NCBI GenBank assembly: GCA_943354605.1 | Contig: CALRCK010000002.1 | Location: forward strand, 135,186-199,185 | Length of the DNA stretch: 64,000 nt | Direction: 5' to 3' | Source of the DNA: Candidatus Uhrbacteria bacterium | GTDB taxonomy: Bacteria > Patescibacteriota > Patescibacteriia > UBA9934 | Part shown: one piece after another, positions 46,190 to 54,651 of the stretch | Layout of the letters: every line of letters begins with the position of its first letter | Position numbering within the stretch: the stretch's first letter is position 1 | Made by a program: the position numbers and the translations under genes | Notes under the pieces: model-generated | The model's database searches: none | What the model saw: only the letters and a program-made list of their open reading frames with translations | What the model was told of the DNA's origin: nothing

Positions 46190-46459
46190 GAAAAAGGGAG
46201 CTGACGGGAAGGGCACTAGTGGGATACACAACAATCGTCGTCGGTACACCAGCACTATTACCCTCCCCGCCAGCAGCACGCCGCTAGAACAGCGCGCCCG
46301 ACACTGAACAAACCGCTTACGAGGAGGAACGTTCAGTGGCAGAGGAATTGCGAGGCCTTGTATGCGTCCTGGCCGCAAGAGTCGTCGGAGCGGTGCCCAT
46401 GAGAGCCCGCGAGGAGACGCGACGGTCTTTTCCAAAACGCACGAAGGCCAAGCAATGGG
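46190..46459 (-). ncRNA. Candidate structured ncRNA 2 or long leader (unknown family)
   Basis: Nested stems CCCAT/ATGGG, CCGCT/AGCGG, CCGAC/GTCGG, TTGCG/CGCAA and CACTGAAC/GTTCAGTG; terminal hairpin of about 22 bp with G-U pairs and a U-tract on the minus strand. Confidence 0.55.
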
Positions 46460-46496
46460 AGATACGGTATACGAAAATATGAAAATTCGCCAGGAG

Positions 46497-47414
46497 TTAC
46501 TCCTGAGCCTCGATCCACCGCTCCGCATCAAGCGCGGCCATACAGCCGGTTCCGGCGGCGGTTACGGCTTGGCGATACACGTGGTCTGCAACGTCGCCAC
46601 ACGCAAAAATGCCCGGGATATTCGTCGCGGTGGATTTGGACGGGAGCATAATGTAGCCTTTTTCGTCGAGATCGATGAGGCCTTTAAACATTGCGGTGTT
46701 CGGCTTGTGGCCAATCGCCATAAAAATTCCGTCGCACGCGATAGACCCATCTTCGCCACTGACGACATTTCGTGTTCGCAGGCTCGTCACGTGGTCGTCG
46801 CCAAGAATTTCCTCGATCGTCGTGTTCATAACAAACGCGATCTTTGGGTTGTTCTTCGCCTTGTCGATCATGATTTTCGATGCGCGAAAATCTTCGCGAC
46901 GATGAACGATGGTTACTTTGTTCGCAAAACGCGTGAGGAATGTCGCCTCCTCCATTGCCGTGTCTCCCCCACCAACCACCACAATCTCTTTTCCACGGAA
47001 GAAAAATCCGTCACACGTTGCACACGCGGAAACACCCTTGCCCTGTAATCGCTCTTCGCCGGGAACGCCAAGCCACATCGCCGATGCGCCAGTGGCGATG
47101 ATAACCGTTTTCGTTTCAATCGAGCGTGTTGCGGTTTTTATCGTGAACGGCGATGAGGTTCCGATCACCTCTGTCACAACATCGTCGATGAACTCCGTAC
47201 CGAATCGCAAAGCCTGCTTCTTGAGCTTCTCCATCAGCTCTGGACCAAGCACGCCATCAGCCTCGCCCGGCCAATTCTCAACATCGGACGTGAGCGTTAA
47301 TTGCCCACCGGGCTGCAACCCCGCAATCATCATTGGGGAAAGATTGGCGCGTGCTGCATAAATCGCCGCAGTATAGCCCGCAGGACCAGAACCGATAATG
47401 ACGACATTTTTCAT
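46497..47414 (-). CDS. trxB: Thioredoxin reductase
   Basis: IIGSGPAG, CATCDG, GGGDTA and QAVTAAG motifs. Confidence 0.98.
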   Translation of the reverse strand: MKNVVIIGSGPAGYTAAIYAARANLSPMMIAGLQPGGQLTLTSDVENWPGEADGVLGPELMEKLKKQALRFGTEFIDDVVTEVIGTSSPFTIKTATRSIETKTVIIATGASAMWLGVPGEERLQGKGVSACATCDGFFFRGKEIVVVGGGDTAMEEATFLTRFANKVTIVHRREDFRASKIMIDKAKNNPKIAFVMNTTIEEILGDDHVTSLRTRNVVSGEDGSIACDGIFMAIGHKPNTAMFKGLIDLDEKGYIMLPSKSTATNIPGIFACGDVADHVYRQAVTAAGTGCMAALDAERWIEAQE

Positions 47415-47441
47415 AAAACCGATAGGTCGAATAAGGCCTAT

Positions 47442-47753
47442 TTACAGGTGTCGTGCAACGCGTTCCGCAAGAACGTCTTTCGTCATTGCTCCAGCAAACT
47501 GCTCCACCACTGCTCCACCTTTCATGACCATAAATGTTGGAATGGAGAGCACATTGTATCGCTGCGCCAAATCTGGTGCTTCGTCCACATTCACCTTTAC
47601 CACGAGAACTTCTGGATGCTCGTTGCCGTATGCTGCGATTGTTGGTTCCATCATCTTGCACGGTCCACACCACGGCGCCCAAAAATCAATCAATACCGGG
47701 GACGACGACTGCAACACGACCGCATCAAAATTCGATGAATTGAGTTCTTGCAT
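47442..47753 (-). CDS. trxA: Thioredoxin
   Basis: WCGPC motif. Confidence 0.97.
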   Translation of the reverse strand: MQELNSSNFDAVVLQSSSPVLIDFWAPWCGPCKMMEPTIAAYGNEHPEVLVVKVNVDEAPDLAQRYNVLSIPTFMVMKGGAVVEQFAGAMTKDVLAERVARHL

Positions 47754-47762
47754 ATGAAGGAA

Positions 47763-47833
47763 AGGTTATAGGTTATAGGGGTTAGGTTTTAGTGAGGCGA
47801 CAACTAAAACCTAAAAACTATCCACTAAAACCT
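47763..47833. repeat. Degenerate heptamer tandem repeats arranged as inverted arms
   Basis: AGGTTAT AGGTTAT AGGGGTT AGGTTTT AG ... CTAAAAC CTAAAAA CTATCCA CTAAAAC CT. Confidence 0.7.
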
Positions 47834-47839
47834 TTATAT

Positions 47840-49873
47840 TTATTTCGCTCCCTCTACACTGAGCGTTCGAGCATGAAGCTCTTCGGTGTAGGCTTCAAGA
47901 ATATCCCCGATTTCAATTTTTGTCTTGCCCACAAAACTCAATCCACAATCTTGGCCCGCAAGCACATCCTTTACCGCAGATTTTCCGCTTTGGAGCGCCT
48001 CAATCTTTCCTTCTCCCACAATCTTTCCATCGCGAAGCACGCGAACAATCGCGTTCGGAATAAGCTTCCCTTTCTTCACCTTTGCACCAACAATGTGGCC
48101 TTTGTCGGTTTTCTTAAACAGCGCGAGCACTTCGGCAACACCAACTTCCGTGTGGATCTTTTCAGACGGAATGAGCTTTTTCAAGCGCTCGACCGTGTTT
48201 TCGAAAAGCTTATAAATGACCGAGTATTCCTCCACAGCAATGTGCTTATCGCGAGCAAGTTCGTGTGCGGCTGGCGTTGGCTTCACGTTGAACGCAAGGA
48301 CGACGGCGTTTGCCGCTTCTGCACGCAATACTTCAGCATCCGTAACATTTCCAAGTCCTTTCCCGACAATGGTCAGCCCAACATATGGGTTATCGACCTT
48401 CTCGAGCATACCGATAATCGCTTCGAGCGATCCAAGCATGTCGGCCTTCACAAACACGTTGAGCACGGCCTTGCTGCCGTCTTCCTTCACCTCTTCTTCC
48501 GTTTGATTCGTCGCCTTCACCGTCATCTGGCCAACCGCACTCTTCTTTGTGGCCTGCGACTTAATGGTTTCAAGTTCTGCTGGGTTCTCTGGCACCTCCA
48601 AAATATCACCAACCGAAGGTGCCTCTTTGAATCCAAGAATCATCACTGGCGTGGACGGAGGAGCTTCCTTCATCGCTTTGCCGTCGAACGCCTTCATAGC
48701 GCGAACGCGACCGTAATTGACGCCGCGAACCGACAACGTGTCTGAAGCACGAAGCGTTCCCGCCTGAACAATAATCGTCGCAACAGGGCCCTGGCCCTTG
48801 TCCACGTGCGATTCAATGATGGTTCCGATGGCTTTGCGATTTGGGTTTGCAACAATGTGTTCCTTTTCCAAATCGGCAACAAGCAACACCATGTCGAGGA
48901 GCTGATCGATGTTTGCACCCGTTTTTGCGGACACTGGCACACAAATCGTTTTGCCACCCCAGTCTTCTGGCGTTAATCCAAGTTCGCCAAGCTGGCTCTT
49001 CACGAGCTCGATGTTTGCGCCCGGCTTATCCATCTTGTTGATAGCAACGACGAACGGAAGCTTCGCGGCCTTAATGATATCGATTGCTTCGCGAGTTTGC
49101 GGACGCATACCGTCGTCTGCAGCAATGACGAGAATCGCCACGTCGGCAACCTTTGCACCACGCGAACGCATCACGGTGAACGCTTCGTGACCAGGAGTGT
49201 CGATGAACGTGAGCATCTTTCCATTCTTTTCCACCTGATATGCACCAATATGCTGCGTGATGCCTCCAGCTTCCGTGTCGATAACACGAGTCTTACGGAT
49301 GGTGTCCAAAATAAGCGTCTTCCCATGGTCAACGTGTCCCATGACAACGATAACCGGCGGACGAGCAACCTGGTCTTCCGCGTGCTGCGATTCCTGTTCC
49401 TTCACTTCGGCCATGCGGTCAGCCGCGTGAGCATCTACAGATTCGTCGGCCGATTCCATCGGCTCGGTGATGAATCCAAGATCCTCCGACACGATCGACG
49501 CCGTCTCGTAATCGATGCGCTCGTTCAAGCTAGCCAAAATACCCGCCTTCATCAGCTCCTGCATGACTTTCGCCACCGGCATGTTGAGCGCAACCGCAAA
49601 TTCGCGCACGGAAAGCGTTGGGGGAATTTTCACCTTTGGCGCGTCGCCAGACTTCACTTTCTCCTTGAGAAGCATCTGCGCCTTTTGGTTCTCCATCTTT
49701 TGCTGGAGGTATTGGCGTTTCTTGTATTCCTGCCACGCGTTCATGATGCGGCCAGCGTCGCGATCGGGAATTTTGATAGCCTTACCACCAATATCAAAAC
49801 CAAGCTCCGGCAGCTTGGAACGTAATTCCTCAGTAGAAACCCGCAACCGGCGGGCAAGTTCAGAGATGTTCAT
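47840..49873 (-). CDS. infB: Translation initiation factor IF-2
   Basis: [26 protein letters not shown] and DTPGHEAF motifs. Confidence 0.98.
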   Translation of the reverse strand: MNISELARRLRVSTEELRSKLPELGFDIGGKAIKIPDRDAGRIMNAWQEYKKRQYLQQKMENQKAQMLLKEKVKSGDAPKVKIPPTLSVREFAVALNMPVAKVMQELMKAGILASLNERIDYETASIVSEDLGFITEPMESADESVDAHAADRMAEVKEQESQHAEDQVARPPVIVVMGHVDHGKTLILDTIRKTRVIDTEAGGITQHIGAYQVEKNGKMLTFIDTPGHEAFTVMRSRGAKVADVAILVIAADDGMRPQTREAIDIIKAAKLPFVVAINKMDKPGANIELVKSQLGELGLTPEDWGGKTICVPVSAKTGANIDQLLDMVLLVADLEKEHIVANPNRKAIGTIIESHVDKGQGPVATIIVQAGTLRASDTLSVRGVNYGRVRAMKAFDGKAMKEAPPSTPVMILGFKEAPSVGDILEVPENPAELETIKSQATKKSAVGQMTVKATNQTEEEVKEDGSKAVLNVFVKADMLGSLEAIIGMLEKVDNPYVGLTIVGKGLGNVTDAEVLRAEAANAVVLAFNVKPTPAAHELARDKHIAVEEYSVIYKLFENTVERLKKLIPSEKIHTEVGVAEVLALFKKTDKGHIVGAKVKKGKLIPNAIVRVLRDGKIVGEGKIEALQSGKSAVKDVLAGQDCGLSFVGKTKIEIGDILEAYTEELHARTLSVEGAK

Positions 49874-49880
49874 GGCCAAG

Positions 49881-49909
49881 AGTGTACTGTACGAACGGCT
49901 TTGGAGCAA
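49881..49909 (-). promoter_or_regulatory. Sigma70-type promoter of infB (probably leaderless)
   Basis: TTGCTC-17 nt-TACACT-7 nt-ATG. Confidence 0.65.
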
Positions 49910-49952
49910 GAAATGGCTGAGGATTGCAAGAAAGTGTATTTGCATCTACCGC

Positions 49953-50216
49953 ATGAACACACATGGTGACGGCATGCCTCACGACTGTACCTGCACTCAC
50001 GGCGCCTCTGATCGCTACTGTTCTCTCCACGGCGAAGACCCGCACACCGATCGTCTCAACCGCGAGCGGCGCCTTCTCGACACTCTCGGTCCGGAGCAGC
50101 GAGCGGAGGCGATCGAGGCCCTCTACGGCAAACGGCCGCAGGAGCCTGCTCGAGCGCCGGACTGCCCGAACTGCCGTCCTGGCAATCCGTGCGAGGCACA
50201 CGCTGGGTCCTTCTGA
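49953..50216 (+). CDS. Small Cys/His-rich orphan protein with two CCCH-like clusters
   Basis: CTC-x8-CSLH and CPNC-x5-CEAH; followed by a GC-rich hairpin. Confidence 0.65.
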   Translation: MNTHGDGMPHDCTCTHGASDRYCSLHGEDPHTDRLNRERRLLDTLGPEQRAEAIEALYGKRPQEPARAPDCPNCRPGNPCEAHAGSF

Positions 50217-50283
50217 CCCCTGAACCAGGCGTTGTCATCGCCCACGCGCCGCGATCCTACGCCAAGGGTCGCGGTCGTTCGTT

Positions 50284-50496
50284 TTATCCAGTAAAACTCT
50301 CGACCGACAATCCACTCTGTTTAATGATGTGGTGCAGGGTCCCAATTCGGAAATCCTTCGTATGATACGGAACAACGAGGACAATCGATTCCCGAACGTA
50401 CTTTCGATGGCTGCCTTTTTGAGAAATCAAACGGAATCCTGCTTTTTCTAAAATACGGATCACGTCTTTTGGCTTCATCGGGAGAAGATGAACCAT
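50284..50496 (-). CDS. hicA: HicA family toxin
   Basis: VIRILEKAGF..QKGSH, VPYH and GTL..IIKQSG motifs. Confidence 0.9.
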   Translation of the reverse strand: MVHLLPMKPKDVIRILEKAGFRLISQKGSHRKYVRESIVLVVPYHTKDFRIGTLHHIIKQSGLSVESFTG

Positions 50497-50500
50497 ACAC

Positions 50501-50743
50501 TTATGCAACAACACTGACACCAGCAAGAATGACACGCGGTGAAATTTTCTTCTGCAACCGTTTTGGCGCGCCTTCAAGATAGAGTCCCGCGGCTTCCTGA
50601 ATATTCTCAAGCGCCTCCTCGAAGGAGTCGCCCTCTGAAACACAGCCTGGCAATTCAGGAATGGTGACTGTATATCCGCCAACGTTCCCGTCCTCCTCGA
50701 AAACCGCGGTAAATTGACGAACGGCTTGGATACGTTTCTTCAT
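50501..50743 (-). CDS. hicB: HicB family antitoxin (short form)
   Basis: GYTVTIPELPGCVSEGDSFEEALENIQEA motif. Confidence 0.9.
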   Translation of the reverse strand: MKKRIQAVRQFTAVFEEDGNVGGYTVTIPELPGCVSEGDSFEEALENIQEAAGLYLEGAPKRLQKKISPRVILAGVSVVA

Positions 50744-50787
50744 ACGCTCCTAACAATATCAGGAATCGATTTGAGCGAAAAGTAGGG

Positions 50788-51372
50788 CTATTTCGTAAAC
50801 CGATTCTGCATGTGCATCGAGGCGTGCATGAAATCGATAATATCTTTCGTGATGTCGATCGGTACGCGGTTCGTCCAAATTTCTTTGTACCACACCGACG
50901 AATCGTTCTTCCAAAATTCGCACACGGGTGTTTCCGACTCGTGATACAGTTTTAATCGCGCATCAACAACGTGAGCTTGGTCGTCGTGCCTGCCACGAAC
51001 TTTCAAACGGTCGCGAACGTCGTCGTCGGAAAGCATCAAGTGCACAACGTGAGTTGGATGATCGAACGAAAGATAGGTCTCGAGCTTGTCGAGTGATCGC
51101 GTATATCCGTTCAGGATGTAGCCATTCTTGCAGCTCTCGTCTGCCAAGCGTTCCTTCACCAACCGCGTCACAATCTCCTCCGGAACCATTTCGCCCCGCG
51201 ACATGTAGCCAGCCGCGGTAATACCGTCTGGCGTCTGTTTCACAATTTCTGATCGGAGCAACCCACCCATCGAGATCGATGGAATGCCGAACGTTGCCGA
51301 AAGCACTGCGGCGTGGGTATCCTTGCCTGATCCTGGTGGGCCACACAACACAATTTTGACGGGAGAATTCAT
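50788..51372 (-). CDS. Second adenylate kinase-like nucleoside monophosphate kinase
   Basis: GPPGSGKDT P-loop; ILNGYTR; R.DD motif. Confidence 0.85.
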   Translation of the reverse strand: MNSPVKIVLCGPPGSGKDTHAAVLSATFGIPSISMGGLLRSEIVKQTPDGITAAGYMSRGEMVPEEIVTRLVKERLADESCKNGYILNGYTRSLDKLETYLSFDHPTHVVHLMLSDDDVRDRLKVRGRHDDQAHVVDARLKLYHESETPVCEFWKNDSSVWYKEIWTNRVPIDITKDIIDFMHASMHMQNRFTK

Positions 51373-51386
51373 ACGCCACGTATTCT

Positions 51387-51830
51387 ATGCCAGAACCGCA
51401 ATCTGAAAAAGCAATGGTCGTTGTTGGCGTCATCGTCAAAGACCGCAACGTCCTTCTTGTCCAACGACAAACCATCGAATCTGGTGAAAATCATGCCTTG
51501 CTCCATTGGGTGTTTCCTGGCGGAACGATCGAAGCTGGAGAAACCGAAGAAGACGCGCTCTGGCGAGAAGTTCTGGAGGAAACCGGATGCGTCGTGGAAA
51601 CCGCAACACACATCGACACGCGTCGGCATCCAGAATTTCCTGTTGTTATCAGTTACTTTCTGTGTGCAGCAAAAAACGATGAGCACTACACATTCAAGAC
51701 GGACGAAATTCGAGAACTCCGCTGGGTGCCCATCGACGACATCAAAGAATACTTCACCAGTAGCCTCAATCCCGCGGTTGAGTCGGTACTTCAAACCCTC
51801 AAAGAACATGCCCTTCCTCCTCATCGATAA
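51387..51830 (+). CDS. NUDIX hydrolase
   Basis: Nudix box GGTIEAGETEEDALWREVLEETG. Confidence 0.92.
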   Translation: MPEPQSEKAMVVVGVIVKDRNVLLVQRQTIESGENHALLHWVFPGGTIEAGETEEDALWREVLEETGCVVETATHIDTRRHPEFPVVISYFLCAAKNDEHYTFKTDEIRELRWVPIDDIKEYFTSSLNPAVESVLQTLKEHALPPHR

Positions 51831-52515
51831 ACCCGCAAGCATCACCAGCCACGATGTTGTAGACCGCGTCCGCAACATTACCGGCGAGCGCACCGTTGGC
51901 CACGCCGGCACCTTGGATCCGTTTGCAACGGGGATGTTGATTCTTGGCGTTGGGCGAGACTCGACGAAGCACTTGAATACATTTCTTGGCATGGGAAAGA
52001 CGTATGAGGCGATTATTCGACTTGGCGAAAGCTCGACAACGCTCGACCCCGAAGGGGAGATCACGATGGTCGGCGGCACAGATCTGACCCCGGCCGCGAT
52101 CGAAGAGGCGATGAAAAATCTTACGGGCGACATCCTTCAAATCCCGCCGATGCATTCCGCAATCAAAATCGGTGGCCAAAAACTCTACGATCTCGCGCGA
52201 AAAGGAATCGAGATCGATCGCCCACCACGGCCGGTGACGATTTCGCGGTTCGAGGTAATGGGATCGGCGAATTCAAAGACGGCCCAGCGGGCCGTCTCTA
52301 CGGTACCGTTCGACCTCCACGTCGTCATCGACTGCTCCTCGGGAACCTATATTCGCGCCATCGCTCGAGATCTTGGGGAGAAGCTCGGCACCGCCGGGTA
52401 CCTTACCCAGCTCCGCCGAACCGCAATCGGACCGTATGGAATCGATGCCGCAACCCCACTCAACGAGATTACCCCTGAAAACTGGGGATCGTTGGCGAAA
52501 AAGCTGGTGCCGTGA
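51808..52515 (+). CDS. truB: tRNA pseudouridine(55) synthase
   Basis: IDKP, GHAGTLDPFATG, QIPPMHSA and SSGTYIR motifs. Confidence 0.96.
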   Translation: MPFLLIDKPASITSHDVVDRVRNITGERTVGHAGTLDPFATGMLILGVGRDSTKHLNTFLGMGKTYEAIIRLGESSTTLDPEGEITMVGGTDLTPAAIEEAMKNLTGDILQIPPMHSAIKIGGQKLYDLARKGIEIDRPPRPVTISRFEVMGSANSKTAQRAVSTVPFDLHVVIDCSSGTYIRAIARDLGEKLGTAGYLTQLRRTAIGPYGIDAATPLNEITPENWGSLAKKLVP

Positions 52516-52527
52516 TACGCTCAAAAC

Positions 52528-52660
52528 GTAAATCTTGATGACCTTGTCCGATTCCAACCGCACACGAACTCTGGGTATGATCTCGACGTTGCTGAATACA
52601 TCCTTGAACCATCGCACAAGCAAAGGCTAGGGCCTTTGTTTTGGAATTCGGCTGGGTGAC
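52528..52660 (+). ncRNA. ssrS: Probable 6S RNA-like element upstream of rny
   Basis: Closing stem CCGATTCCAA/TTGGAATTCGG, central bubble and inner stem; ACATCCTTGAACCA motif; upstream TTGGCG..TGATACGCT promoter; position before rny. Confidence 0.5.
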
Positions 52661-52665
52661 TCCGT

Positions 52666-54222
52666 ATGCCTATCGTTCTTACCGCTATCCTCGCGATTGT
52701 CGCAGGAGGCGCCATTGGATACTTCGTTCGTGACGTTCGTGGAAAACAGATTGCTGGGAGCGCAGAAGCCCGTGCGGAAGAAATCTTGAAGAAGGCTCGC
52801 GCCGAAGAGGATCGCATCGCGCAAGAAGCAAAAAATCGTGAGCAGCAACTACTGCTTGATGCGAAGGAACGCGCGATGAAGATCATTGAGGACGGCAAGC
52901 GCGAGCTCGCCTTCCATGAAACCGGGCTCAAGGAAGCACAGAGTCGAATCGCCGACCGCGAACGTCGTTTTGATGAAACATTGCTCGACTTTGAAAACAA
53001 GAAGACAAAACTCGAGGAAGACAAGGAGAACCTCGCACTCGCAAAAACTGATGTCGCAAAGCTCCACGACGAGGCGTTCGCAAAACTCCAATCGGTTGCC
53101 GAAATGACGAAAGAGGCTGCAGCAGAAGTCCTCTTCAAGCGCATTGAGGAAACCGAAACTGACGCGATGCTTTCACGGATCCGCAAAATGGATCAGATCA
53201 GTGAAGACGCGGTGGAAGCAAAGGCGCGCAACGTGCTTTCCTTGGCCATCAGCAAGTTTGCGAGCAGCCAGGTGGTTGATGCCACCACAACATTCGTGGA
53301 TCTTCCGAGCGACGACATGAAGGGCCGCATCATTGGAAAAGAAGGCCGCAACATCAAGACCCTCGAGCACCTTACGGGCTGCGAACTCATCATCGACGAC
53401 ACGCCAAACTCCATCACGATCAGCGGATTTTCCCCTGTACGGAGACAGGTTGCGAAGCGTGCACTGGAAGCATTGTTGAAGGACGGCCGCATTCAGCCTG
53501 CAAAGATCGAAGAAGCGATCAACGCCGCAAAACAGGAACTCGCGAAGGACATGCGCAAGGCCGGTGAAGACGCGTTGTACGAACTTGGCATTCCCGTCCC
53601 AAGCATCGATCCAAAACTCGTCGCGATTCTCGGTCGTTTGAAGTTCCGCACAAGCTACGGACAAAACGTTCTCCAGCACTCCATTGAAGTCGCCCGCCTC
53701 TCCGGCATGATGGCGGAAGAGCTTGGTGCGGATGTGTTCATCTGTAAAAAAGGTGGACTCTTCCACGATATTGGAAAGGCCGTGGATCATGACATGCAGG
53801 GTGCACACCCACAGATTGGCTACAACATCATGAAAAAGTTCGGGTTCGCAGAGGAGCTGTGCTATCAATCGATCGCTCACCACGAGGACAAGCCGCGAAC
53901 TCTGGAAGGCGTCATCGTGAAAGCGGCCGATGCGATCAGCGGCGCTCGCCCTGGCGCACGTCGCAACAGCCTTGAGGAATACCTCCAGCGCTTGCAAGAC
54001 CTTGAAATGACGGCATCCGGGTTCCCTGGCGTGGAAAAGGTATACGCCATTCAGGCTGGCCGCGAAGTTCGCGTGTTTGTGCAGCCAGGAGTCGTTGACG
54101 ACCTCGCGGCACACAATCTTGCCCGCGATATTGCCAAGAAGATTGAGGCAGACCTTACCTACCCTGGCGAAGTTCGCGTGACGATTATCCGCGAAACCCG
54201 AGTCACCGAATACGCCCGATAA
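52666..54222 (+). CDS. rny: Ribonuclease Y
   Basis: N-terminal TM helix, coiled coil, KH domain (KGRIIGKEGRNI) and HD domain (HDIGK). Confidence 0.98.
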   Translation: MPIVLTAILAIVAGGAIGYFVRDVRGKQIAGSAEARAEEILKKARAEEDRIAQEAKNREQQLLLDAKERAMKIIEDGKRELAFHETGLKEAQSRIADRERRFDETLLDFENKKTKLEEDKENLALAKTDVAKLHDEAFAKLQSVAEMTKEAAAEVLFKRIEETETDAMLSRIRKMDQISEDAVEAKARNVLSLAISKFASSQVVDATTTFVDLPSDDMKGRIIGKEGRNIKTLEHLTGCELIIDDTPNSITISGFSPVRRQVAKRALEALLKDGRIQPAKIEEAINAAKQELAKDMRKAGEDALYELGIPVPSIDPKLVAILGRLKFRTSYGQNVLQHSIEVARLSGMMAEELGADVFICKKGGLFHDIGKAVDHDMQGAHPQIGYNIMKKFGFAEELCYQSIAHHEDKPRTLEGVIVKAADAISGARPGARRNSLEEYLQRLQDLEMTASGFPGVEKVYAIQAGREVRVFVQPGVVDDLAAHNLARDIAKKIEADLTYPGEVRVTIIRETRVTEYAR

Positions 54223-54231
54223 ATGAAATGC

Positions 54232-54260
54232 TTGACGCTCCTCAGAAATTCCGCTAAGAT
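54232..54260 (+). promoter_or_regulatory. Sigma70-type promoter of the HU gene
   Basis: TTGACG-17 nt-TAAGAT. Confidence 0.7.
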
Positions 54261-54289
54261 AAGCGCATTCATTTGACCTTACGTTTTCT

Positions 54290-54580
54290 ATGAATAAGGC
54301 AGAACTCGCGCTTCGTCTTTCAGAAAAGCTTGGGGTGCCAAAGAAATCCGCTGAGGATATTGTGGAAGCCTTCGAGGCCATTGTGACGGCGGCCCTCTTG
54401 AATGGCGACGAAGTCACCATCGCAGGGTTTGGCACATTCTCGGCCCGAACACGCTCGGCTCGCATGGGAGTGAATCCACGAAACCCAAGCGAAAAGATCC
54501 AAGTTCCTGCGGTTCGCGTGCCAAAGTTCAAGGCCGGAAAGGCCCTGAAGGACGCGCTCAAGGGCAAATTGGTGAGCTAA
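54290..54580 (+). CDS. hup: DNA-binding protein HU
   Basis: MNKAEL, GFGTF and PKFKAGKALKD motifs. Confidence 0.97.
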   Translation: MNKAELALRLSEKLGVPKKSAEDIVEAFEAIVTAALLNGDEVTIAGFGTFSARTRSARMGVNPRNPSEKIQVPAVRVPKFKAGKALKDALKGKLVS

Positions 54581-54586
54581 TCCCGA

Positions 54587-54633
54587 AAATACAATGCCGA
54601 TCGTCCATAATCTGGACGATCGGCATTGTATTT
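54587..54633. terminator. Bidirectional terminator-like perfect inverted repeat
   Basis: AAATACAATGCCGATCGTCCA-TAATC-TGGACGATCGGCATTGTATTT between convergent genes. Confidence 0.8.
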
Positions 54634-54651
54634 AACCCTCCTGCACTCGGG

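Noticed and set aside
46300-46345. RNase P-like words on the plus strand (GAACAAACCGCTTAC and GAGGAGGAACGTTCAG)
   Set aside because: They are in the wrong order, cannot form the P4 helix, and the G-U polarity favours the minus strand.
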